Assembly: GCA_977017575.1 (NCBI GenBank)
Contig: CDRNVI010000160.1
Coordinates: forward strand, 1-64,000
Direction of reading: 5' to 3'
From: Paramoeba atlantica
Lineage: Eukaryota > Protista > Discosea
DNA: 64,000 bases
The notes beneath the pieces are model-generated. The model made no database searches, was not told the DNA's origin, and saw only the letters and a list, made by a program, of their open reading frames with translations. Below are positions 36,480 to 49,548 of this stretch, piece after piece. A program made the position numbers and the translations under genes. Position 1 is the stretch's first letter. Each line of letters opens with the position of its first letter.

Positions 36480-37905
36480 TTATTTTTCTTTTTTTGGTCT
36501 CCAATTCTTGCAATGAACTTTATGTTCTGGCCAATTTTTCTTTTGGCACTCTCTCGAACAATAAAAAGCTCGCCCACATTGAGAACATTTTAAAGGTGCC
36601 TCTTTTTCACACTCTTTTCCTGTACAAAATTCTACTAAAACCCCCCTGGCAACCTGTTTGTTCTGCCGGTGGAGAGATTGATTGTCAGAGACAGGATTTG
36701 CTTTCCGACCAAACCTTACATACCCCGCATAAGCTTCTAAACAATTCCCTAAATTCATTTTTATCAGCTCAGAAAAGGTGATGGTACATGGATAAGACAA
36801 AGCACAAAGATAGGCACCACACGCTTGGAGATATTTTTCCATTCGTTTGAGGCACAAAGCAAAACAATTGAAACAATGAGAAGCCATCCCTGGACCAGTC
36901 CAGCCTAACGAGGTCATCTCTGTGGCTCTAAAGTAGCTCTGAGCAGCCTTTGCGGTCATTCCACAAGATTCATATACTTCACCAAGATCGACATAATAAA
37001 ATGAGAGGTCATGGTACAAGCTCGGATAGGAGAAATATTGAGGCAAGAGAAGGAGAATCGATTCAAATGCTTCTCCATATCGCTTTTGTTCTCTCAGCTT
37101 GATTGCAGCTCCCTTAGCTCCAGCGATGAGAGGAAGGATAGATTTGATATCACGTTGACGGCAAGCAGCCAAGAAACACTCCAGTGTTAAAGTAAATGTC
37201 TCTCGCTTTGATAATGGAGGAATTTTAAAATCCGGTCTTGTTTCGGCAGAAGAAGTCATCCCAACCATTGTCCCCTGTTTCAGGTAGAGGTGGGTACGAT
37301 ACCCCTCATACATGTCACTTTCACCACGAATTTTGTTGATAAAAGAAGGATTTGTCATTGTCAGTATAAGATCATCACCCTGATACTTGGTATGGGAAAA
37401 ACTTTCTCCTGTACAGGGGTGATTTCATTTTAATTTTTTTTTTAAAAAAAGAGGAAGAATATGAATTAATTAATCGAAACGAAAAAAAAAAACCTTTTGA
37501 TATGAACAGTTGATGATCTCGAGAAAAATGGAAAATCTTTCGTTCCTCCTCTACCGCCTCGCAAGAGATCCCTCCATACTTACAGGATTCATTCCAGTTC
37601 TGTTCAGAAAACAACGCTTGATTCCATTTCCAATCGTCTCCCGCTTCAGGAATTTTCACTTCCTTGTAAGAGGGAATCTTTCGTTGACTTTGTCTCACTT
37701 CATCCCCAGAGAGAGGGAGGTCAACTCTCAAACCTTCCAACTCTTGATCCTCAAACTCCATCTTCTCCACTTTCCACTGGACAATCAGAGTAAGAACACC
37801 AACTAACGGGTGGTTTTCTTGGACGATAGAATAAGAGGAGGTCCCAGGAAAGCCATGAGGTGTTGAGGGAGGGAGGTTGAGGTTGATCACAACTGTCTTG
37901 GGCAT
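36480..37905 (-). CDS. Zinc-finger MYND protein with TPR-like helices and an unknown N-terminal region
   Basis: Intron 37493..37409 (AAG|GTTTTT...TACAG) joins ORF 37375..37905 in frame to ORF 36480..37358. C-terminal CTGKEC...CSQCGRAFYCSRECQKKNWPEHKVHC is a MYND finger. Confidence 0.8.
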
Positions 37906-38132
37906 CGAAGAGAATTAGGAGAGATTCGAGAAAGGAAAAAAAAAAGGAGAAACATCTTTTTGACATCAAAAAATAATTGACGTCCTGCGGACATTGATTA
38001 CCGATCGTTTTTTGTTTTGTGGTCGTTGCAGTAACTGCGGTGTTGTTGATTTGATTTGATCAGAGCGAAAAGTGAAAGTATTCGAATCTTTGTTTTCCAG
38101 CCACCCCTTTCCCCCTCCCCCTGAATTTATTA

Positions 38133-40140
38133 TTGGACCACCCACCGATAGTTTTTTGGCTTGTTGTCCTCCTCTTTCATTTTTGCTGTCAATCTTCTGC
38201 TTCTCATCTCCCTGAATCTTTCTCCTGTTATCGCTATACCCTCGAAAATGAGTGTACAAGTTTATTACAAGGAAATGTAACAGTGATCGAAGAAGAAGAA
38301 CAACAACAATTTTTTGATCAATATGTTTCTTGAACTGTCTCAGATATTCGACTGAAACCAAAAGATTGTCGAAGACCTTTCTTGTCTTATTACTGTCAAT
38401 TGATGTTCAGTGGATTTTCTTGTGTGTCTTCTTCAATTGAAGAACAACTTTGCTTGAAAGAAGAATATTGTCTTCAAGTTTCTGAGGCATGCCCTTTCCT
38501 TTCACAGTTAAATTGTTCTTCTTTTTCATTCCCATCATCTACATCCCCTTCCTTCTCCTCATCGACATATAATTGTTCAAATGAAGTCACACAACAAATC
38601 AATGAAAGCAAAGAGAAAGCAATCGCAGTCCAAACATGTTTAAATGAAACAAAAGAACATATTGAATGTTGTTTCGATCCTTTTACTTGTGACGAATTTG
38701 GTGAATGTGTTGTTGAATGTCCACAATATTTTTATGGTGAAGAGTTGGAAAAGACAGTTCGGCTTCTTTCTTTTGGTTTTGTTTTCCTTAGTATCCTTGT
38801 TTTCCTTATTGCCATTATACCTCTCTTTCTTTTATCTCCCTTAAGGTGTCTTTTTTTCTTTTGTGCCTTTTTTTTTTCATTTTTGACTTTTTTTCTTTTC
38901 TTTCTCTTCTTTCAAATCGAAAATCATTGAATCAAAAAATCAAATAGAATATATCCAAACTACGTTTTTTTTCTCTCTGCGACCGCTTTCTTTCTTTCTT
39001 TTTTACCATGCATCATTGGAGCACTTGTGGCTGGTCCATTTTTATTTTTATTTTATTTTATGGAGAAAGAGAGAGAAAGAGAGAGAGAGACAAAAAGTCT
39101 CAAGATTGATTTCTTTGGTTTTTTTATGATTGAGATTTTTTTGAAAATCTTTTGAAAAGGGGGAATGAATCAGTATCTTTGTCGTGGGGAAAAGGGTTAT
39201 TGGGCTGCGTTATTAAATTATGGACAATCAACAACAACCCTTTTTCAGTTTTCGATTTGGGCCTTTTTTTCTTATTCTTCATTTTTTTATTTTTTTCTGT
39301 TTGCTTTTAATTTATTTTGTCTTGCAATGAGGTTTATTTTTATTTTGCAAATTTTATTGATTTATTTTGGTTTCTATTCTATTTCTCTTTTCTTATCTTT
39401 TTCTCATCTCATCCCTCTTTCCTTTTTTTTTATTTAGACCACATGTCTCATTCTTTGAAAAGTTTGTCGAAAAACCAGTCGACCCATCAATTGAGAAAGG
39501 ATCCCATGGATTGGGCCTTTTTTTTTCAACTGGAATATTAATTGCGACTCTCGTTTTTGGGTTCACAAGTGACACAGCTCTTTTTGTTCCTATGCCAATT
39601 TCTGATTCTCCTTTTCCTTTGGATACTAATTTGAAGAATTTTTTTCGAATTCCACTTCTGATTTGTGGTTCATTGGCTTCAATTTTTATTTTCTTGGCCA
39701 TATTTCTTTTGATGAGAAGAGGAAGACATATTGTTTATTATCAATGGTAATTTGGTTTTATCAATATTCATGATTCTTTCTTATTAATTTTTCTCCTCAG
39801 GAGAACTATTAGTGTTTCAATTTTTTGGATCATCTTCTTTTGCTTTCTTGTAGTCGTTTTCTTGGAAGTCACACCAAATTTCGCATTTCTGACTGAATAC
39901 TTGAACTGTGTTTCCGCTCATCCTCGAAGTGTCCCTTCACCTTGCCAGAGAGAATATGACGACGGAGCATTCATCACTTTTTTTTATCTTTTCATTATTT
40001 TTATTTTTTTGCTTCTGATTGTGGTCTCTTTTTGGACCAATTCGCTGGTTATTGATTGGTAGAAAGAGCTGATTTTTAAGAGAAGATATTTGACTTCTCC
40101 TCTCGAGTCCGAAGAGTCGGATGGCCTCAAGTCGACTTGA
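38133..40140 (+). pseudogene. Frizzled/Smoothened-like GPCR pseudogene (or null allele)
   Basis: Signal-like N-terminus, Cys-rich domain (CRRPFLSYYCQLMF...CLQVSEAC), CVVECP before TM1, spliced LRIYPNYVF motif and multiple TM exons. Disrupted by an in-frame TGA (38331..38333) and a TAG (40060..40062); no ATG where the paralog has one. Confidence 0.75.
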
Positions 40141-40754
40141 GGCCATCCGACTCAGAGTTAAATGGTTTAATTCAGAGCTGAAAAAGAATCCTTCTTTTTT
40201 TAAAACTGATTTATTTTTCTGAAATTAATTGAAAAAATGAAAAAAGATCTCAAGTATCGTCCTTGGGAAAGTTGCCCATTTTGCCAAAACATTTCTCAAG
40301 TCATTCGAATTCTTTTCAACACCGCACAAAAAATGACAAAAAAAAAACGAAAAGTCTTCGATTTATCCCGACCCTCATACAATATTTTATTGGGAATATG
40401 GGTTGGTACTCCATACCCCCCTCTGTTGCTTCCAAACAGAGTTGAAAACAGTGTTGAAAAAATATTTGTGGGTTTTTTTCATATCCGAAAAAGAGGGTGA
40501 TAAATCGAAGGTCAAAATAACCGCTTTACCAAAAAAAGTCACTTTTTGAAAAAGCAGCGTTTTTGGTTCCAAAGAAACCCCTTCTTTTTCATGGGATCGT
40601 CCCTTTCTCTCGTCTTTCTCTTTTTTCAGTTTGGTTGTTGGGACTTTTTATCATAGGGATAAGGAAAAAAACAATTCTTACTCCCCTCTCTTTCTTTCTC
40701 CCTCTCTCCTTCAATTTTTTCTTGTTTCTTGTTTTTTGATCTCTTTCGGTCGGT

Positions 40755-43700
40755 ATGTGGGAGAAACATCTTATTCTCGCTTTTTTGTTCATCTTTCTCG
40801 TCTTGTTTTCTCCAACCAACGCGACCCAACCATGCGACTTTACTGCTTCAGTTCACTCAGGTTATTTTTCATTTTTTTTTAGTTGTTTTCTCGAATGAAA
40901 AGTAACCACTTTTTTTTTGGCTCAAGATTGTGAGTGGCCGAGTTGTAATATAATTGGAGAAGATCACACAGCAGAGTCTTTTTCCAATGTGTCATTCCCT
41001 TCAAATTGCACAACAATCAGAATTGAGGATTCAATATTCGCCTCTACGACTTTTCGCTTTTGTGAATTCACTCCAGAAGGATCATTTTTCATCACTAATT
41101 CAGTTTTCGATCACTCTGTTTGGTCGGAGGTCCTCATTCTTGGCGAATTTCCAACTTTAGCACCAGTACCAGAAAATTACATTGTTCTCTTCGAAAATTG
41201 TTCTTTTTACGACGTTGAATGGGAGGACGTGACCATTTCAGTTTCGGGAACTCGATATTTTCCGTCTTCTACGTTCGAAAGTCGAGGAGGAATTGGGATT
41301 ATAGAATGTAATTTTGATCAATCAAATTGGGTCAGTGTTAAACTCCAAACACTTCCTGAATTCGTTCTCACTTTAGTTGAAGATAACTTTGAGTTTACCA
41401 CTGGTATTTTTTTCGAAGAATCCACCTTTAATGATGCGGTATTTTATGACATTCTTTTTGATATGATGGGAGAGGTGTTCTTAGATGGAGAAGGCAACCC
41501 AGGAATGAGAATGGGCGGGATTATTTTCTATGATTGTGAGTTTGTCAATGCGAGATGGTCTGCGTCAATCTTTCGTTTTGATGGTTCATTAACTGCAATG
41601 AATGTTTCGAGTAATGGCTATCCCTTTTGGAAAAAACCTCTTTGGGGTCTTGCATTTATTCATATGAAGGCAGCTTTCTCTTATTGGGAATCTGTTGATA
41701 TCTTTCTGAACGGGCAATTCAATGCGAATGAAGCTTGTGCTGAATGTTTTCTCTCTGGATTCCATATTTTGGGAGAGGAGACAAATTTTTCTTCTGCCGT
41801 CTTTGATGATTTTAATATCGATTGCACCTCCATTTTCTCAGAGGGCGAAGAAATAACCACTTCCTCTCTCATGTCAGCTGTTACAATTGGTACATTATCT
41901 TATCCAGCGTACAATATAACTGAATTCGGTGTACTTAATTTCGCCGATTGTTACTTTCGAAACTTTCGAATTTTTTCAGATGTTACAATGGACTGTACAA
42001 AGGAAAATTATCGAGTTTACATGCGGAATGTAGATTTTTCTGGGAGCACTTTTTGTCGATGGGAAATTGGGGCAGAGGGAGGAATGTTTTCTGAGACTTC
42101 TAACTCTTATTTTGTGGCTCTTGTCTCCTGGGCTGATTTTCGAGAGACTGTGTGGAATGATGTTGTCTGGGAAGCTGAAGTAACATTCGATGCTAACAAC
42201 CCTAGTACTGGAGTTTTTTTCCAAGGAATATATTTACAAGAAAGTTCTTGGAATAATGTAAAAATGTACTTAGAAAACCAAGGCGGATCTTTTGGTACTA
42301 ACTCTCGCTCCTTTCACTTTCAATTTAATGTGCAGCTACAAGGCATGACAATGTGCAGTGTTGAGATGAGGGCAGCTGGGGTAGATCAGGATTTTTCGTG
42401 TTCAATGTCATCCTCTTGGGATCAGGCAGACATCTCTGGATTTCGTTTTGTTGCTCCTGATGGTGATTTTGAAGCATCATCGTACACAGGCTCTTCTTTT
42501 GTTCAATCCGACTTTTCATCTTCACTGTTTGGCTTGACTTTTATCGGCTCTGAGACTGTTTGTGATGTTTCTGTAAATGGAGGTCCTCTACAAGACCTCG
42601 GAAATTGCAGCAGTTCAACAGTTCTTGATCGATTTGCTGGTTGTCCTTATCTCCTTCAGAATTTTTCTCTTTCTGATTCTGAAGCTTGTCCTGACTTCCC
42701 CTCACCTTCACCAGCACCATTGCCAGTACCATCCCCAATACCAGCACCATCACCTGTACCAGCGCCCTCTCCAGTACCAGCGCCCTCTCCAGTACCAGCA
42801 CCATCTCCAACCCCAGCACCATCACCTGTACCAGCTCCATCTCCTGTACCAGCACCATCTCCAGTACCAGCACCATCTCCAGCCCCAGCACCCTCTCCTG
42901 TCCCAGCACCATCTCCAACCCCAGCACCATCACCAGTCCCAGCACCATCTCCAGTCCCAGCACCATCTCCAGTCCCAGCACCCTCTCCTGTCCCAGCACC
43001 ATCTCCAACCCCAGCACCATCACCTGTACCAGCACCATCTCCAGTACCAGCACCCTCTCCAATCCCAGCACCCTCTCCAATACCAGCACCCTCCCCAATA
43101 CCAGCACCATCTCCTGTACCAGCACCATCTCCAATACCAGCACCATCTCCAATACCAGCACCATCTCCAATACCAGCACCATCTCCAGTCCCAGCTCCAT
43201 CACCTGTACCTGCACCATCTCCAATACCTGCACCATCTCCAATACCAGCACCCTCTCCAGTACCAGCACCATCTCCAATCCCAGCACCATCACCTGTACC
43301 AGCACCATCTCCTGTACCTGCACCCTCTCCAATACCTGCACCATCTCCAATCCCAGCACCATCACCTGTACCAGCACCATCTCCTGTACCAGCACCCTCT
43401 CCAGTCCCAGCTCCATCTCCAGTCCCAGCACCATCTCCAGTACCAGCACCATCGCCTGTACCAGCACCATCTCCAGTACCAGCACCATCTCCAGTACCTG
43501 CACCATCTCCAGTCCCAGCACCATCACCTGTACCAGCACCATCTCCAATACCAGCTCCATCTCCAGTCCCAGCTCCATCGCCTGTACCAGCACCATCTCC
43601 AGTCCCAGCACCCTCTCCAGTCCCAGCACCATATCCAGTCCCAGCTCCATCTCCAGTCCCAGCTCCATCGCCTGTACCAGCACCATCTCCAATACCAGCA

Positions 43701-46700
43701 CCATCCCCAATACCAGCTCCATCCCCAATACCAGTTCCATCGCCTGTACCAGCACCATCTCCAATACCAGCACCATCCCCAATACCAGCTCCATTGCCTG
43801 TACCAGCACCCTCTCCAATACCAGCACCATCTCCAGTACCAGCTCCATTGCCTGTACCAGCTCCATCTCCAATCCCAGCACCATCCCCAGTACCAGCACC
43901 ATCCCCAGCACCATCTCCAATACCAGCACCATCTCCAGTACCAGCTCCATCTCCAATCCCAGCACCATCTCCAGTCCCAGCTCCATCTCCAGTACCAGCA
44001 CCATCCCCAATACCAGCTCCATCTCCAGTACCAGCACCCTCTCCAATACCAGCACCATCCCCAGTACCAGCTCCATCTCTAATACCAGCTCCATCTCCAG
44101 TCCCAGCTCCATCCCCTGTACCAGCTCCATCCCCTGTACCAGCTCCATCTCCTGTCCCAGCGCCATCTCCTGTACCAGTTCCATCACCTGTACCAGCACC
44201 ATCTCCTGTACCAGCACCCTCTCCAGCACCAGCACCATCTCCAATACCAGCACCATCCCCAGTACCAGTTTTACCCCCTCAAATAATTCCTCTTACAACA
44301 TCTTCCTCTTCTTTATTATACCTAGAAGCGCCAGTCTCTTCCCTCTCTCTCACATGGACATATTTTGATAGTTCTCTCTCTGAACCATGTCAAATTTGTC
44401 CATCACATGTGTGTCCATCAAATATCTGCCCAGGTTGTTCTTGTTCTGTTGATGGGGTTCTTGTCCCTTCAAATGCACTCCCTTCATTTTCTGAGATCAC
44501 CATTGGAGTTGGCCCCTACTTTTATCTCATTGATACATCAGTTTGGATTGAACCCACAATTGTGTTTGACAAGGGAAATGAGTTGTTGTGGTCCTCAGAC
44601 AAAGGAGATTTGATGATTGGAGTGGAAGTGTTGAATCCAAACACATGCCCAGAAGATGAACAGCTCATTGTTGCTGAATGGAGATGCCGATATCCTGATG
44701 CAGATGGAAGTGTGTGTCCTGGTACCTCTTCTGTCATTTCTGTGAACAGTAATAATCCTTCACTCGAGGTTGAGTATCCAGAAGACAGCCCTTCTGTGAT
44801 TGTCTGGACTTTGACAATGTCGTTTTGTTTGCCGAGTGAAGAAAGAAGGGAAGCAAGGGGCCAAGTAATTGGGGGTTGGGAATTGGCTGAGCCAGTTACG
44901 GTTCAAAAAACTGAATCGTCATTTCTCTTGTTCAGTTTTTCCTCACTTTCTTTTACAGTATGTGAGTCTTTGCTAACTGCTGACACTATCACACTCCAGC
45001 TCCAAATTGCTGCAGAATCTTGGAGTGAACTGTTATCAGATGATTCATCTGCTTTGATTTCTGTTCACTGGGCAGCTGAGAAGTGGGAGAATGACGATAC
45101 AGAAAGTAGAGTAAGTGTGCCAATGGATCAATCATGTGATGAGTCACCATGTGAATTGCAGTTTGGAGGAAACTTTGTGACACCAACAGGATTGGACAAC
45201 GGAACATTTACAGTTGTATTTCGTGGTGGATTTTTGGAGCCAGGAGAATCAGTCCAAGTCCAAACAACAGCGGTTCCAGTGTCACCTGATGATGGATCTG
45301 TGTTAAGTGGTTGGGAAGAGGCTACAATCCGATCTTGTGTGATTACACCTCTTGTCCCCCCATCTGGGGGGGATTGTTTGATAGAGTCCCCTGTTGAATC
45401 TTTAACAAATTACTCGATCGAATGTTTTGGATGGGAAGGAGAAAACGGCCCCTTTGCTTACATTTTTGAGATTCAAGGGCAAGATGGCTCATTTGTTGCG
45501 ATTTCAAACCCGATTGGACCCACAACATCGATTTTTTTCCCTTCAAGTCCTGAGGAATCTGAGGTTCAAATTCGTGTTCGGGTGTGTAATACTCGGGGAG
45601 CGTGCTCAGATGGGTATTTATTAGAGGTTGTTGTTCTTGCAAGAGAAGAGATCAGTGATTCTGAATGGGTTGACCTCATTGAACATGATCAAGAACTTCT
45701 TTCATCTGGGGATGTCATGGGAGCTGGAAATTATTTGTTATCTATTCTTGAGTCCTCTCCTCCCATAGAAATCCAAGCCGATTCAATTGAGATTATCACT
45801 GAAATTGTCGATACAATGTTAATTGCGAAACCACCAGCTGAAATGACAGGTGCGGAAGCAGACTTAGTTTTGAATTTACTGGCTTATTCTTCGAGCGATG
45901 GGAACAACCGAGACCAAAATTATGAGATTCTCCAGAATGTCACACAAGCAACCAGTTTCCCTCCTGGTGTTGCTTTAACTGTTTTGGATCAAGTAGCTAC
46001 CGGATCTGAATTCGACAGCGACAGTTCGGTTACATTTGATAATGTCAACGAAATTATCGTGAGGACTCAAGATCTATTGACAACGCAAACAGACTTTTGT
46101 GGGGAGGAATTTTTGTTTGCTGGGGAAACAGTGTCATATTTTGCTTTTACTCGTTCAGCGACCGAGTTGGGTGATAGTGATACATTGGTTCCGATCTATC
46201 CAGATGGGGATTCAGAAGATTCTTCTTCATCAGTATCATCTTTCTTTGTTTTACCTCCTTTTATCTCTGAATTAATTCTTGAGTGGGCGGACGAAAACTT
46301 TAACGAACAACAAACAACTGAGTCTTTATATTGTGTTCTGCTTCAGAGATCTCAAGTTGGGGAACAGTGCGATTTTCCGTCTCTTGACACTGAGAGTGAG
46401 AGTGATACGAGTGGGAGTATCACCGCGGGATCAGATGTCCAAGGATTGACACTATCGGTGCGATTGGATGGAGGAGAACCTGCAGAGATCGAGATTAACA
46501 ACCCTGATCTTGAAATCCAGATTTTTTATGATGTCGAAGAAGTAACACGAGCGTTCAAGAAGAAGCAGAAAAGAATCCAAGATTCAGGAGGTGGTGGTGG
46601 AAATCGTTTTGTTCTGGAAGATGATTTCGCTGAGTTGAGTGAAACATTGTGTGCGTTTATTAATGGACCAGATTGTACATATGATTTAAGCGGGTGTTAT

Positions 46701-46970
46701 TTGTCTGAAGAAGATTATGCAGAAGGGAGAATTGTTTGTATTTGTAATCATTTATCTAATTTTGGGCTCTTGTTTGAGTTTTCGACGTCTGGAGAAAATT
46801 GGACGACTTTGAGGATTGTGTCTCTTTCTTTATTGGGCGCAGTTTGGATCTTTATGATTCTATTCTTTTTCTTGGCTTCGCACCCTGAAATAGCTCGTAG
46901 ACTTGGAATTGAATCAAACGTTCAAAGAGATATCAGGATTTGGGGAGACCGAAGTTCTGTTGCTTTGTAG
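40755..46970 (+). CDS. ~2,050 aa single-pass surface protein: signal peptide, pentapeptide-like beta-helix region, (PAPSPV/I)n stalk, REJ-like region, GPS motif, one TM
   Basis: join(40755..40860,40927..46970). Exon 1 gives [23 protein letters not shown] and splices in phase (G|AT). REJ-like [10 protein letters not shown]...PFAYIF; GPS motif [15 protein letters not shown]; [25 protein letters not shown]; TAG at 46970. Confidence 0.88.
42705..44270 (+). repeat. Coding 18-bp tandem repeat, roughly 85 units, encoding PAPSP(V/I/T)
   Basis: CCAGCACCATCTCCAGTA-type units; variation is mostly synonymous or V/I. Confidence 0.97.
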
Positions 46971-47284
46971 AAGATTTGGGACTTCTTTTTTTTTGGAAGG
47001 GAATTATTTTATGTGATCTTTGATTTTCCGATTTTGTGTGAAATGTGATTGAAAATGGAAAATCAAATTTCTATTATTTTAAAAAATAAAACAACAATTT
47101 TTTATGGTGTCGTTTTTGGTGTCCCATTTCATTGGTGTCCCACCCTTTTTTTGTTTTTCTCTTTTTTGCTTTTTGTTGGATCGCTCTCGTTTTTTATTTT
47201 GGGACAAAACGCTCTCTCTCTTGTCTCAAACGGACGACGATATTCTTCTTTTCTCTCTTCATTCTTTGAATTCGAAAAAAAAAA

Positions 47285-47476
47285 ATGTTGCAGTTAAAAA
47301 TTCGAAATTTCCTTCTCGCTCTTCTCTTCTTTGCGTTTCTTTTCTTGAGCTATGTTTCCGGGAGCGACGAAGATACATGTGCCCTTCATTGTTCAATGAA
47401 TTGCCCAAAAAGCAAAAGTTGTTTCTCTGCCTGTGATATTCAATTGCCTTGTTTTCCTCGTTGTTGTCCTTTTTGA
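47285..47476 (+). CDS. Putative small secreted cysteine-rich peptide, 63 aa, 8 Cys
   Basis: A-rich ATG context; hydrophobic signal MLQLKIRNFLLALLFFAFLFLSYVSG, then SDEDTCALHCSMNCPKSKSCFSACDIQLPCFPRCCPF*. Confidence 0.55.
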   Translation: MLQLKIRNFLLALLFFAFLFLSYVSGSDEDTCALHCSMNCPKSKSCFSACDIQLPCFPRCCPF

Positions 47477-47844
47477 TTTTTTTTTTTTGAAAAAAAGATT
47501 GTTCTTTTTTGAAAAAAATGATCATTCTTTTTTGAGATTGATTGGTTTTTTGAGATTGGTTTTTTTTATTAATAAAATTATTATTTGTTGTGCAAATAAG
47601 ATTTGTTGATTTTCAATGAATTATATTTCAGTTGTAAGTTGTAAAAAAAAAAAAAGAGATTGATTGTTCATTCTTGAAGCTCAGAAAAACAAAGAACAAA
47701 AGACAGCGGAAAAAGAAAGAAAAAGGGAAAAAATGATTCACTTTCTATTTTCAAAAAATATATTTATTTGAACCCAAAAAAGATAATTTTTTTTTTTTGA
47801 GAGGAGAAATCAAGAAGAGAGGAAGAAGGAATATGACCATTACT

Positions 47845-48720
47845 CTACGCCACATATTTGTACACCTATTTTCATTTTAACATTTTCTTTCTTTCTTCTC
47901 TTTCTCTTCTTTTCTCTTCTTTCTCTTCTCTTCTCTTCTTTTCTCTTCTTTCTCTTCTATCTTCTCTCAGATTGTTCATACCTGGCTATTTTCTTCGTCC
48001 AATTCAATAAATTCTTTTTCTATTAAACTTTCAAGTCTCTTTTTGACCAAATCCATCTGAACACAAACATTTAGAATACTAGAAAGAAAGAAAGAAAAGA
48101 AAGAAAAGAAAGAAAAGAAAGAAAAGAAAGAAAAGAAAGAAAAGAAAGAAAAGAAAGAAAAGAAAAGAAAGAAAAGAAAGGATAAAAGAAAGAAACCTGG
48201 AGGGGAAATTTCAATTGACTGCAGAGTTCGGTAATTAAGAGATTGTGTTTTAAAGTTTTTCTTGTTTTCATGATCCTCACAACAGCCGCGTCAATCTATT
48301 CAATAAGAAAGAGAGAAAGAAAGAAAAGAATCAATTGAGAATCAAGAGGAAAAGAGAAAAGAAAAAGAAGGAAAAGAGAAGAAATAAAAAAACCTGGTAC
48401 TGTCGGTCAACAAAAACAGAGTCATTTGTTTTTTGTCGTTCCGCTTTCTATTTTTTTATGTTTTCAGAAAAATAAAAGTAAAAAGAGAAAAGAGAGAAGA
48501 AAGAGAAGAAAGAAGAGAGAAGAGAGAGAAGAAAGAGAAAAAAGAGAAGAAAGAGAAGAGAAAGAAAAAAAAGATAGAACCGTCTCCTTCGCTTGAATTT
48601 GATTAATCTTAATTCGAAACAATGGATTTTTAAAGTTGACATTTAAAGAAAATGAATCATCTGGTTTGACATCTCTACTCATTGGAGTTTTTGAAAGAGG
48701 TCGTATCTGGAAGAGAGAGA

Positions 48721-48756
<36 letters not shown>

Positions 48757-49508
48757 AAGAGAAGAGAGAGAAAAGAAGAGAAGAGAGAAAAAGAGTGAGA
48801 GAGAAGCGAAAAGAGAAAAAGAAAGAGAAAGAAAAAACCTTTGCAACCGAAAGGCTCTGAAGTGTACTTCGAAGTTCTTTATCATCTATTTTTCTTTTTA
48901 GAGAAACAAAGAAAGAAAAAAGGAGAGGAGAAAAGAGAGAAAAAGAGAGAGAAAGAGAGAGAAAAAAAAAGAAAAAAGAGAGAAAAAAAAGAGAGAGAAA
49001 CCTAAGCCAACTTTGTCTTTAATTTCATTATATTTAAGAGCAGTATTCTCATTAAACAACAAAAGAACAACAGCTTGGAAGAGAGAAACAGAGAGTTCTT
49101 TCTTTCCTGCCTATTTTTCAACTCCATCAGTTTGGTTTGGTTGTAAATTGTTTTTGGAGTTTGTCGGAATAATTTGGAATTTGGTAATCATATTTGAAGT
49201 TGGTAATCTTATTTGAAGTTGGGAATGAGAGTTAATTGGTTGTAAATTGTTTTTGGAGTTTGTTGGAATAATTTGGAATTTGGTAATCTTATTTGAAGTT
49301 GGTAATAAGAGTTTGAATTGGTTGTAAATTGTTTTTGGAGTTTGTCGGAATAATTTGGAATTTGGTAATCTTATTTGAAGTTGGGAATGAGAGTTTGGAA
49401 ATGGTGATGAGAATTGTGGTTGATTGGTAGTAGGAAAGGTTGATTGTTGGAGTTGGTTTGAAAAAGAAATAGTTTTGAATCATATATTAATAATCAGAAT
49501 AAGAATAA

Positions 49509-49548
<40 letters not shown>

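Noticed and set aside
8854-38333. TGA recoding or selenocysteine, suggested by single in-frame TGAs at 8854 and 38331
   Set aside because: TGA ends intact genes followed by low-complexity sequence (31711, 54318), and both interrupted ORFs carry other lesions (a frameshift; a TAG and a lost ATG). Pseudogenisation is simpler.
42541-44256. 571-aa antisense ORF and 501-aa alternative-frame ORF
   Set aside because: By-products of the stop-free 18-bp coding repeat.
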